Source: Lepidodermella squamata
Lineage: Eukaryota; Animalia; Gastrotricha
Assembly (NCBI GenBank): GCA_047495785.1
Contig: JBLDXI010000042.1
Location: 4,030,001 to 4,094,000, forward strand
Length of the DNA stretch: 64,000 nt
Reading direction: 5' to 3'
Within the stretch, counting starts at the first letter, position 1; every line of letters begins with the position of its first letter. The notes under the pieces are model-generated. The model saw only the letters and a program-made list of their open reading frames with translations, was not told where the DNA came from and made no database searches. Shown here piece after piece: positions 1-12,274 of the stretch. The translations under genes were made by a program, and so were the position numbers.

Positions 1-3000
1 CAAGTGACGACCCAACGGAACTAGGGGTTATCGCCGAAATCGAAGTAAGTATAGAAGATGATTCATTGCTCATCATTGCGGTAGAGCTGGTCCAGTTCAA
101 AGATGAAGTAAAAACATCTGTTTTAGGATTGCTGGCAATCGTAGTGCTCTCAGCTTTGCTAGTTGTAGCTTCAGAAAGGACAATCGTACGAGGGGTTGAC
201 TCGCTGAAGCTTGCAGATGCATTACTGACAGCTTCTGAAACAGGACTCTGATTTGTGAAGTAATCCGTCATAGGAACAGCCGTTGAGCTTGTAACAGTCG
301 ACGGTGGAGCGGCATCGATGATAGTGGTCATTTCTTGCCTCGTAGTAGAACTTATCGTCGAGCTGGCAGTGATTTCCGCTATAGAGCTAGTAGTTGCTTT
401 AGAATCAGTTGCAGTCGTAGAAACAAGGTCCGATGGCGGAAGGGAACCGCCAGTATAGGGATTCATTATCGGTGTCGCGGTATTAGATGAAGTCGAGGCA
501 ATAGGTTCCACGGTAGTTGAAAGCAGCAGCCCCGCGGACTTATTCGAAGAAACCATCGACGAAGTAACTTCCGTCATTGCTGGAACTGTAGTTGTAGCAG
601 AAGGCGAGGAGCCTTTGAAAGCGTCTTCCTCGATAACCTTCGCGCTTTTTGAAGCTGTGACTCCAGCCTCAGATTCCGAAGTCGTGCTGCCAACGACTGT
701 GCTTGGCGCTGGTTTAGTTGACGATACCTCAGAAGGTATCGTACGCTCTGGAACAGAATAACTTGAGTTAGTCAGAATGACATTACTAAACAGGGTTGAA
801 GTTAGCACACGATCCGTGGTTGCAGTGGTTGTGATGAAAGAATCAGTGATTGACAGTGAGGTAGTGTTATTTGAAATAATATTAGAAACAGTTGTTTCGG
901 TGATTGGTGACTCAGCAGTCGTTTCTCTTGACGGAGCACTTGTTTCCGGTTGGGAACTAGAAAGGGTAGATGGTAACAAAGTTGTGATCACAAAACTGCT
1001 TGGTGAGCTGACATCGATTGGGCGGCCCGATGAGCTAATAATATCAGTGACATGAGCGATTTGTGAGGTAACAATAATATCCGTTGATATCTCAGATTGC
1101 GAGCCGTGCTGTGTTGAGCTTGAAAGTTGTACATTCGCCTGACCTATCTCAGACGGCCTGGTTTCTGTAGTTTCATCCGCTGCAGGAGAAGTATGTGAGA
1201 CATTTGATCTCGAAGCAGGCCATCTACCTGTGGTACTTGTATCTTCAGCTGCGGTAATATTCATTGAATCTTCCACAGTGGTCAAATCACCGATGCTTCG
1301 CTGACTCGTAACGCCTAGTACAGATGGCGCAATAGTGATATCAACTTCTGTTGCGTTCAGAATTCTTCCTTTAATTGTCGACAGAATCCTAGATGAAGGT
1401 TTTGTAGTTAGGTCAGACGACGAAACAAGCACAGCTTTTGTGGTCAAAATATTAGCATTGTCAATCAGCGTAGTTTCGGTTGCGTTTATAGCTTCCTTAT
1501 CAGTAGTAGATGCTTCTCTTCCATAAGACATTACAGTTGTAAGTATTAGATAGTCAGCTGTTGTAATTCCGAGCGAATAGTCAGTTGTCCTGGAATCCAG
1601 GTTCGTTGCAGTTTCGGAAGCGTGCTTTGTAGTGAAGCCCGCAGTTTGGTCGTCCAAACGCTTTGCGGTCATGTTACTTCTTCCAGCAATCTCTGTCGAT
1701 GTCATTTCAGACATTTTCTCGCCAGAAACATCAACAGCTGATCCTGACGTCGATGATACATACAGCTCTGAGGGTTTAGTTATAGCTGAAACTTCCTTCC
1801 CGCCCTGGCGGCTGGTCGACTGAGCTTCTGCTGTTTCGTTCTGCCTGTTAGTTGAAGCTTCACCTGGAATAGCAGTGGATCTCTGAGTACCGATCTCAAG
1901 CGTTTCGTTCGATACATTCAAATCACTGGTGAAATTTTCCCGAAACGTAAATTTGTCGGTGACCTGAATTTCAGGCGCATTGGATGGTTCTGTTTCAATC
2001 AAGCTAACAGGACTAGTAGTAGACGTTCTCCTTCTCCTCGTTGATGATGAAATGATGCCCTGAGATGCCATGGGCGGTTTTCCCGTCAAAACCTCAGCTG
2101 AGCTATTTCCAATAGTAGTTAAATCACTATCAGCTCTTATCGGCGTCGTCTTTCTCTTTCTTTTTGTGGTCATTTCGTAAGGCTGGGTAGTTTCAGCCGC
2201 TTCGGTGGTACTGAGTTCTGAGGTTGACGTTGAATCCCAGTCGGAAGGGAGAGTTGTAGTAATCGTTTCAATTAGGGTAAAAGGGCCGGAGCTTGTAGTA
2301 GATGTTCTCCTTCTCCTCGACGTAGACGTCATAATGTTTTGGTTGGATTGAGCAACTGAGTCCGTCGTATCCTTCTGCGTGTTCGTGGAAGCTTCCCTCG
2401 TAAAAGCAGTGGATTCGCGAGCATCGCTCTTCAACGTTTCAGTCGAGCCTGCTAAACTTGAGCCGCTGCTTGTTTCACTTAAATTTGCCAAAATCAACGT
2501 AGTCGATCCACCAGATATTCCAATCGTTGTCTTTTCCGTGGTAATTTCGTAAGACTGGGCAGTTTCAGCCGCATCCTTGTTAGGACTGGTAGTAGACGTT
2601 TTCCTTCTCCTTGTGGAAGATGAAATGATGCCCTGAGATGCCATGGGCGGTGTTCCAGTCAAAACCTCAGCCGAGCTATTCCCAATAGTAGTTAAATCAC
2701 TATCAGCTCTAATCGGTGTCGTCTTTGTGGTCATTTCATTAGGCTGGGTAGTTTCAGCCCCATCCGTCGTAGGTTCTGAAGTGGAGGTTAAATCCCAGGC
2801 GGAGGGAGAAATCGATATTGGACTAGTTTCAATCAAGATAAAACTGCTAACAGTTGAAGTCGATGTTCTTCTTCTCCTCGTAGAGGACGTTATAATGCTT
2901 TGGTTGGTCAGAGGAGCAACAGAATCATTGGTATCGTTATGTTCGGTCGTTGGAATAGCAGTTGACTGCTTGACGGTCTCAAGCGTTACCGTCGATTCAC

Positions 3001-5870
3001 GTAAATTTGAGGGACTTCTTGCGTGACTGGAATATGTCCAAGGCAATGTTGATTTTTCCGCGGCATCAGGCTCAATCGATGCCTGTGTTTGAATCGAGGC
3101 CCCAGGACTCGTGGCTGTAGTCGTAGAAAACGAAATAATGCCTTGAGAAGTCGCAGGCATTGCTGCACTCGATAGCTCAGAAGACCTATCTCCAACAGTA
3201 GTGGATCCACCAACAGTTTCAGTAGTTGTCGTCTTTCTCTTCCTTTTCGTGGACGTTTCGTAAGGCTGGGCAGTGTCAGCCGCATCCGTGGTAGTTTCTG
3301 AGGTTGAATCCCAGGTAGAAGGAGAAATCGATGTAGTAGTTGTCCTTCTTCGTTTGGACGAGAGGGTAAATTCTGTCGCGTTTCCCGACTTTAATGGAGT
3401 AGTTTTCCGCCTTCTTTTCGATGTCGTCGCGGATACCTCCGTAACAGAGTATAAACCTTGATCAGTTTCGATAGATGGCTGGCTTACACTGACAGCTATT
3501 GTAGTGGTTCGCCGTTTTCTCGAGCTCAAAATGGAAGTTTGAGAAGTAGTAGCCTCCGAGTTGAATAAAATAGTCGTTTGAGACGTTTCTTTAGAAGTTG
3601 TAGATATCATCTGGTTGGCTACAGTAGTAGTCTCGATCGACTGTGTCAAAGCAGTGGTCTCCACATCGCGGTTAGTCGTCTCTGAATCTCTCGGATGTAA
3701 AATGATTGAAGACAAGACTGAACCATCTGTCGCCGGGCTTGAGATCACCTCGCCATTTGAGGTAGTTTCATCTATAACACGTAAAGACGTAGATGTACTT
3801 TCGGTTGTTCGTCTAGCTATCAAAACTGGAACAGACTGGGGAGGCACGTCTTGGGTGGCCAACGTAACGGGTGCCGAAGTTTCGCTGACTTCGCTACTCT
3901 GGCGGTATAAGGTGGTATCAACAGCTGGCGAAACTGAGGGTCCAGCGGACGTAATGGCTAAAAATGGCTGTGAACTAGTGCTAGGATCTAGGAGTGAAGG
4001 TTTACTACTCGTTAAGCTGTGAGATGTAAAAGTTTCAGCAGTAACATTATTAAATTCAGCATTAGTAACTGTGGAAGTGAGAGTAATAAGTGTTAACAAG
4101 ACATTCAACATCGAGCTGTTAGTCACAAGACTACGAGGGGACACTGAGCTTTGCTCACCTGTGAAGTTAACAAATCTTGAGGAACTATCAAGGCCAACAT
4201 CAGGCACAGTAGTTGAGGTAAAAAAGGCCGAAGAAAGTTGTGTGTTGCCGAGGCTTGAGATCTTCGACGTTGAAGTGGATGGCGTGGAACTCTGAGAGCT
4301 CGAGCTCGAAGTCGCTTCCGAGCTATGAACAGTGGCTTGAGTAGTCGTCGAACCTTGACTATTTCGAGTCTCAGTAAGCAATGTAGTCGAAACTCTAGAC
4401 AGGGTAGAAGTCGGATTCAAGCTTTGAACCCTGGCTTGGGTAGTCGTCGTATCTTGACTATTCCTAGACTGAGTAAGCAGTGTGGTCGTAACAGTAGAAG
4501 TCCCACTAGAGCTTCGAGCTGGATTTTCCGTGGTCGTAGTCCAGTCAGGAGACAGCAAAGTAACTGAAACAGAGGACGAAGTCGATTGCGGCGTAGAAGT
4601 CGAATCTACTGTTGCGGGTTTAGTCAAAGTGGACAACACCTCCACGCTACCAGTCGATTGCGGCGAAGCAGTCGGCGCTGTTATTATGGATTTAGTCGAG
4701 GAGGTGGACAACACCTCCGCATTACCAGTCGATGGTGCGATTGTTGCACCACTCCAGCTTGAAACCCGCGTAGATGTAGCCGTTGTTGAAACGGTTCTCT
4801 CAGGCGGAAGAGAAGTCACAAGTTCGATTGTAGATGAGGAGTATATCGTGTTCAAAGAGCTAAGCAAAACTGGCGTAGACCCTGCAGGTTGGGTAACAAT
4901 TGAACCATTTCCCTGCGGGTTGATGGTCGATGTCTCCAGTTGAACAACTGAAGGATTCACCTTCCGCCGGATGAAGTGCCAGCCCTGTTCGCAGGCCGGT
5001 TCACAGCCTTCCTGCATAACCAGTTGGCAAAACGGTACAGCATCTTCACTGCTTACATCTTCCGCACTTCCGATTGTTGGGATGTTAAAGCCAGTGCATT
5101 TCGTTGAGTTTAGGCAAGCCTCCGCGCATCCAGCTATCCCTTTCGTCGTACGGACGTAGAACATTTCCCGCAGAGACAATTTACAGATAATATTTCGAAA
5201 GACGTCAAAGTAAGCACCCAGCACCGAAGTTGAGTTATCTAAAGAAGAGTACAAATCCATCAAAATCATCTGTTGTTCGAGCAATTTGGGACCTACCTGA
5301 GGACGTTGTAATGTTAACAGGTAGAAACTTGCTATCAGTCGCTGGACTGACTTGGAACTTGATAGCGCCACTTTTTCCGACTGACAACGTATTTGAAACA
5401 GTTGTAGTGGCAGATACAGGATTTTCACCAGTGTAGATTATTCCTAGAGTAGTCCGTTGTAGTTGTGAATCAGTTTCGTTCCTGACCTTTTGATTCAGCA
5501 ACTTTTTCGGCTTCCTGTAGAAAACCCACATCTGGGAATGGGTGAGGGAGCAGCCTTGGGTTACCAAGACGCAAAACGAAGCGCTTGGAGGCCAGTTGAA
5601 GCCTATGCAAGCTGCGTCGTACTGAATGCACACCTGAGCGCAAACGTCCTTCAAATTCCACGGTTTAGGCGGCGAGCCGTCTTCGCTCGAACCCGGTTCG
5701 CCGCTCATAATCGGCGGCGTTATAGTGTACAGGGTCGTACCAGGTCCCATCATTTGAATGCACTGCCTGTTCGGGTTCGGCTGGTACTGGTAGATGTTGC
5801 TGGCAGGCGGCGAGCAGTGATTAAGGCCGAAATACAAGCAAACGGCTGTTATCGACAAAAACAAGCGCAT
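1..5870 (-). CDS. Secreted mucin-like protein with two N-terminal PAN/Apple-like domains and a >1,600-aa Ser/Thr-rich region; 3' end outside window
   Basis: Signal-like start MRLFLSITAVCLYFGLNHC (ATG 5870). Domain 1: CAQVCIQYDAACIGFNW..FCVLV..C. A 58-nt intron (5296-5239, tcag|gtaggt ... ctttag|at) joins in frame to domain 2: CAEACLNSTKCTGFNI..FCQLV..C. The same frame is S/T-rich wherever I checked it down to base 1; the ORF track probably omits it because no stop lies in the window. Confidence 0.85.
2010..3340 (-). repeat. About 2.5-3 diverged ~570-nt coding repeat units within the mucin
   Basis: aatgatgccctgagatgccatgggcgg..aaaacctcag..aatagtagttaaatcactatcagctct occurs at ~2051 and ~2624. 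The block aggctgggXagtXtcagcc..aatcccag recurs at ~2180, ~2741 and ~3263. Confidence 0.8.
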
Positions 5871-7876
5871 ATGTCGCCGTTTTCCGACTATCATGATCTG
5901 CTCGCATCGGACGCGCAATTCAATGCCTTGCGTGGTCTCATTTTTTCCGCGATATGTGATGACTAAAATTCGTCCGCCGTCTTTTCTCAACAACCGCAGA
6001 TGATGCTATGCCAGCCAGAGTCTTCTAAGACCATCCATAACCGCTTCTGATAAACATCATGTGCGATGTGTCGTCAAAATTTTCTAATGTTAAATCTAAA
6101 TAAAAATAACAACAAACACGAGATATGATGGGCCGAGTCTCTTCGCCGTGTAGCGTGGTTAAAATTAGACAAGTGGTAGAGAAGTAACTCGGGCTCAATT
6201 ACAAGGTGCGTGCGCGGGCTCGATTTTGCAACGCGGCTTAACCCAACACCTGCGCGCGCTTTATTATCGCGCTCTCAATGTCAGAAGAAGAAGGTGCGAG
6301 CTAATAAAATTACCAAACGAAAACACGCTCGATTACGGAATTAGGCCAATAAACTGTTGGTAACATCGCTAAATAATTTTATTTTTTATTATTTCAAACC
6401 CAGGGCATTAAATAAAATGAAAAATCATACCGAAAGGAACTTGAGGTCAAGTGTAAGCTAAATTAATGGCTGTTGTAATCCGAGCGTAAGTAGCAATTTC
6501 ACTTTTTGACGGGGGCCGTTTTTTAGTGTAAAAAACGTAGTCTGTTGCACCGAAAAATGGCTTCCGCAATCTTGCAAGGTGGCCTTCCGCAATTAATAAA
6601 TCCTAATAAAAATATGCACCAAAATTATCATCATTTTGACGCTTAAATTGATGTTATTGTTTTTCCGAGACTTTGAGGCAATAAATAAAATTATCGGCTA
6701 AAATATGATCGTTCTATTGCGTGAAGTTGTAAAATTTCGCGTAAAAAGTGAGAAGAATAATAACAATAATATTACAGCTGCGACTTTCATTTCACCTGTT
6801 ATTACGTTTTCATATTATATCGACAATACTTGCTTATGCATTTTTATATAAAAGTATAATGCTTTTGATTGATGCCCCGGCCACTGGCTATTGATTAAAT
6901 AAACGCCAAAAGTTACGCGCTGCATTTTTGGCCGGAATATTTGAATAAAGGTATATAATATTATTATGACGACAGCGATTTATATAGTCATATCGATATC
7001 TCAAGACGCTGTCAAAATAATCGCTTATTAAAATTCCTATCAACGAGACATTTAATCAATAAATCACTTGAGGTGAAAAAAATAACCGCGATCTTGTACC
7101 AGTGATATATCGTGGGTGTTTCTTTAGTAGGCAAAATACCTAGGTCATGTGACTAAATCTGGACGGGGATAAGGGTAATTTTTTTGGTCGCCCGGAAGAC
7201 TGATAGGTAAACAAATTTCGGTCAATACAATACGCGATGAGCTCATCTTCTAATGGAGCCGAGTGAATTATTTAATAGCCACGCCGGGTAATAAGAAGCA
7301 GCGAGTGGTAAATGAGAGGCCTACTCGTCGCATATCGCTGGTAAACAGTACACAAAGCGCGGGCCCAGTAAAAAGGATGTTCTCACCTCGGGTGCGCTCC
7401 AAAACTATGAAGAGCGCGCGCGCGGAAGCAAAAAATCACACCTGATTGTTACTAATTGCGAAAAAAATCACCGAATAATTATTACGGCGGGGGTCACGAG
7501 CCTGCGGCTTGTTTGCTAGCAATATTTACCATATGAATCACGGAGATGCTGCATAGAAAAAACATTTTTTCACCTGTGACATCAATGAGTGGCTTATTAA
7601 TTGATTTCACGCTGTTGTAAACAGTTGAGCCTGGCTCTTTGACCGCTGCGGGGCCGCAATTTGGCGTAATTGACCGCACGATGACCACTCCCACGTGACA
7701 CGCGGTGCTGAAAAATCGGCGTGCGAAAATATTTTTTTCCCAATTATAACCGCAAGAAAAAACTGAATCAAGGACATTCAAGATCGATATTTTATTTTAA
7801 TTTCCTCAAATTTCGATTATTATTCATGATTGAAAGAAAAATTGAATGTTGCTTTTTTCGACTGGTTTTTCCAGGT

Positions 7877-8179
7877 TTAGAAATAGTCGATCGAATCGCC
7901 CAGGCCCTTGTCAACTTGGAACGAGTGCAGCTCAGGGGCCTTGCCAGTGTGCGGCAACGGCTTGTAGACGCGCAGATGGACGTATTTGCCAGCGCCGACG
8001 AGGGCCTTGATGAAATAGTTGATTCCAGCAACGACCTGTGTCTTGTAGTGGGTGGCTTTCAGCTCACCAGCTGGGAGGCCAGATTTCGTGAAGAAATCAC
8101 CCTTGATCGCATCGACAATCTGGTGCACTTCGTCGTTAGCTTCGTGAGTATCAGCGCCAATGCCTCCGGCTTGAGCCAT
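7877..8179 (-). CDS. Stefin (cystatin A/B-like), cytosolic, intronless CDS
   Basis: 100 aa; N-terminal GG, QVVAG, HLRVYKPLPH, ends DSIDYF; no signal peptide, no Cys. Confidence 0.95.
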   Translation of the reverse strand: MAQAGGIGADTHEANDEVHQIVDAIKGDFFTKSGLPAGELKATHYKTQVVAGINYFIKALVGAGKYVHLRVYKPLPHTGKAPELHSFQVDKGLGDSIDYF

Positions 8180-9952
8180 AATTTAAAGTTTTCAATTAAA
8201 TTAAGTGAAAATTCTAAAAAAAAAATTTAGACAAAATTATGCATTTTTTTTAAATCAACCATTTCCAGGACATTTGAGTACACAATGGTCCATCATCTGA
8301 AGAATCTATTTGAACCTTCTTCGATCCTGATAATGAAGATTCGGTGGTTGCAACTTCCTTACCCATTTCATTTGTTTAAATTGAGAGCAAAATTATCAAC
8401 ATTTTACAAGATTCACCTGAACATAAACCGAATAATTTAAATTGAAATGCCGAATCCAAGTTTCTTTTAGCTGCAAAAAATGCTTGTTTTCGAGAAAATC
8501 AGATCGAAAAATAGCATCTAGATCTGAGATGATTACCTATAAGGTCATTTACTATCAACGAAAGAAAGAGGAATAAATTGCTTGCTTTGGAATACATGTT
8601 TACCTTTTACATGCTTTAGGAGTGTTAGGAACAGTTTTTGCTGACTGTCTAGATGCCTATTATCAGAAGCAGCTGTTGCTAGACTTCAACCGCATCATTT
8701 TCGTAAAGAATGTACATAAATACCCATTCCAAAGCCTCTATTTCGGCCTTAGCTAGCATATCGATACTAAGAAGGCTAGGAAAGGAATGGAACATAGAAA
8801 AAAACAAGGCCTGATAATTCACTTAGAATTTCGGGAAAATCCTATTGAAATCCGAATTTCATGCTTGAATCTGGACTGGATAAGGCAAAAAATAGCAAAA
8901 ATCATACCAATTTGGTTCTTCCTCGATTAATTTTGAGCGGGGGTGTAGAATCTGCAGATCTGGGCAACGTTGCTGCCGGGAAATCTGGGCATTTCAGTGA
9001 TTTTTCGGGAAATTTTTGAAGCCTTTTAGTAGGGAAAGCGGAAAATTTCAGGTTTGCTGCCGGGAGGGTCTGCAGATTCTGCACTCGTGATTTTGAGTGA
9101 AAATTTACCAGGAAATAGACTAGGACGTAGAATAGAGTTCAGTCATAAATAGTTCGGGGGCAGGGTGTCTCAAATGCAACGGAAGAAAAGTGAAAGAGGA
9201 TCGGAAAGTCTAAAACCCGATGCGAAACCCAATCCTATGAACTGCTGTTATCTTTAGTGGCATGGAAAGGCTAATCACTCATGACAATTGTCAAACAGAA
9301 CAACAAAAATTCGAAGAAATACATTGAAAGGAGGTGAAATACCGAAAATTACCACACTATTACCATCGGGCTTTTTCGAATTTTTCGAGGGTGAAATCGA
9401 AGTAACATACCGAACATGCTTCAATTTTGTAAACATACCGAAATTCTCTCAAAAAAACCAGCGAGAAATTTATCGATTACATTTATCTGAATAGCAAATT
9501 TCAACGGAAATCCCACATTTTGGCCTGGCCAATTAGGATCATTCCGAAGTTCATTCTCATGGCTAGTCGAGAATTTCAAAATTTCTTCAACGGTTTGGTA
9601 CGACTGACATTAATTCAGAAGGAAACTTTTTCTACCGGATAGACTAGTATTTTGGAAAATGTAACACACATACCTGATTCAGTCTTCAAATTTCGTTCGA
9701 CTTTTATTATTCCCAGAACAGAAGATCAAAACACACGAAGCAGAAAATCAGAGCCCGAAGAAAAGCATCACATGATTATAAATTGTTCTAGCACAGCCTT
9801 TATATAAAAATCCCCAGCTAGTTCTTAGAAAAAATCAGCAACCTTATAGGCATCTGAGATGACTGTAAATTAAAAATCATTACCAAATTGCCACACAAGA
9901 AAAATCAGGTTTTTTGGTTGCCAAGTCACGTTTTTCGGCACCTTTTGAAGGT

Positions 9953-10270
9953 TTACATATACTCGATCGCATCACCCAGACCCTTGCCAACTTGGAACGT
10001 GTTCAGCTCAGGGGCGCCTCCAGTGTGCGGCAATGGCTTGTAGACGCGCAGATGGACGTATTTGTCACCGCCAACGTGGGCCTTGATGAAATAGTTGATA
10101 CCGGCGACGACTTGCGTCTTGTAGCTTACGGCTTTCAGTTCGCCGGCTGGCAGGCCAGATTTCGTGAAGAAATCAGCCTTGACTTTTTCGAGAATTTGGT
10201 GCACTTCGTCGTTAGCTTCATGCGTATCATCGCTGATACCACCGACCTTATGGTGATAAACTTCAGCCAT
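9953..10270 (-). CDS. Stefin (cystatin A/B-like), cytosolic, intronless CDS; paralog of 7877..8179
   Basis: 105 aa; GG, QVVAG, HLRVYKPLPH; 77 of 96 aligned residues identical to its neighbour by manual count. Confidence 0.95.
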   Translation of the reverse strand: MAEVYHHKVGGISDDTHEANDEVHQILEKVKADFFTKSGLPAGELKAVSYKTQVVAGINYFIKAHVGGDKYVHLRVYKPLPHTGGAPELNTFQVGKGLGDAIEYM

Positions 10271-12274
10271 TTCGATATAACTGTGACCGCAATAAAATAA
10301 TACCCTAAAAAAATGAAAAAAAATTTAATAATTCAAGTTCGAAATTTCCTGTTGCGATTGAATAAAAATAACGATTTCTTACCCTGCGATAAAAATTATC
10401 AGCCAATTTGAACTGCGATTTTCCAAGATCCCAATCATTTTGATATGAATTTTACGAGAGAATAGCTAAATTTTCATTAAAGGTCTTTATACACGATGAT
10501 TATGAAAAATGCATGACTATGAGAGATAAGTTGAGGTATTAAATACTAATGTTGATTTTATCGCGGCCAGCTGGTAGGATGACAGCTGTGTCTAAGGTCG
10601 CGGGAAATAAATAGATGAGCAATTTAGTTATATAGAGAAAACGTGTTTATATGTTTGGATAAGGGGTCTTGTTTGTTGATAATAGCCTTGCGGCGTAGGA
10701 CCATCGCCAGACCCCTGACACGTGGTACCCTGTTTTCAGACACCTATTCAGGCATCATTTTAGAACACCACAATGAAGTAGAATAATAATAATATTTTTC
10801 CTCCAATTTTCTTACTTACTACGTCATACAATTATCCCATCATTTAAGGCTAAAGGGAGTTGGGAACGCTACTGAATTTTCTCTGAAGGAATCCGACCCG
10901 ACAATTTTGATAAACCATATTTTCTCTACTACCATTATTCGAGCTTCCTTGCTGGATTTTCTTGTTAGTCAAAATGAAATAAAATATAAATAAAATTTCT
11001 TAACTTTCAGATTTCAGACCTAAATTTTCCCAAAGTAGATTTTCCAAGTTTTCGGTTTCTCCTATCACCGAAATCAAAATTACTATATTTTCCAAACCTA
11101 AATCGATCATGAATTGTGCGCTATCGCTAGTATCTTAATGAAAAATATGTTAGCTAGAATGGAAGATTTAAATTTAATTATTCTATTTTATAAATTCGTC
11201 ATTTTCCGATATCGGTATATCGCTGAAATAATGAAATTTTCGTGATTATCCGGACTCAAGATTCAGCTAAAAATTCCACGAAAAATATTTAGGCACCTTA
11301 GAACGCCCCAATTCAGCACTGTCCACGGATCCAAAATTTCAGGGTCAAAACCGGGGTTTAACTTCAAATTTTGTTCTTAGGACTTATCCTCAAACCGACT
11401 TCAAATCCGCCAAACTTAAATTTACACAGGTCCGAAATTTCCAAAACCAAAAATTAGTGACAACTGAAAATTAGTAGATACACAGTATTTAAGACCCTTT
11501 TTCCTTGCCGAACGAAACTCGAAGTCCGGAGAAATCCTTCAGTCAGTTTTTATGTTTGGACCCTCGATTTCAAGGTAAAAGAAACTTTCTTGCCTATTGA
11601 TAACTTCAAAACAACGCAGACAATTGTGAATTTTTACCGTGAAACCCAAACAAAAGGACAAGGACATTTTCAATCGTAAACTGGTTTAAAAATACCTATG
11701 AAAAATAAAGAAAATAAGTATTTTGAGACAAAAAAAACTAGGAAAAATGAGCTCATCTCTTTCCGTAGTTTTATTATCAAAAAACGCACGTTTCGCCTGT
11801 TTCGGTCGTTTGAGATAAAAGCTGCCGGTCATTTTGCATAGACATATATAACACGAGCGTGAAACTGAATTGAAACTGAACCAGCATAGCATAATATATA
11901 AGACTGCGCAGTATTTCATCTCATTTTTATCATCATGTAAATAAACACCACACACAACCATCATAAGGTTAGCTATGCACACTCTCATACCATACGTGGT
12001 ATGTATGCAGAGAGGTGACTGCGAAATGAAAAACTCGCGCGCGCTTATTCATCGGTGTTTTTCTTCATTATTCACGCTCTGGCGCAAAAAAAATCGCAAC
12101 AACTCACAACAGCTCGCTTGGGTGAAATAAAACGACGGCACAAATTTTACACACACACGTGCGGCTCATTAAGGCGGCGTTAAAAACACGCGCACGCTCA
12201 ATTTCTTTTTTTTTTTACAACTGACACAGGTAGAAAAATTGGGATGATATAACAGACAAAAAAACAACAGTAAC

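Noticed and set aside
66-5436. Many plus-strand Val-rich ORFs
   Set aside because: Antisense shadows of the Thr/Ser codons of the minus-strand mucin.
7721-10300. Similar plus-strand ORFs 7721..8230 and 9914..10300
   Set aside because: Similarity comes only from being antisense to the duplicated stefins.
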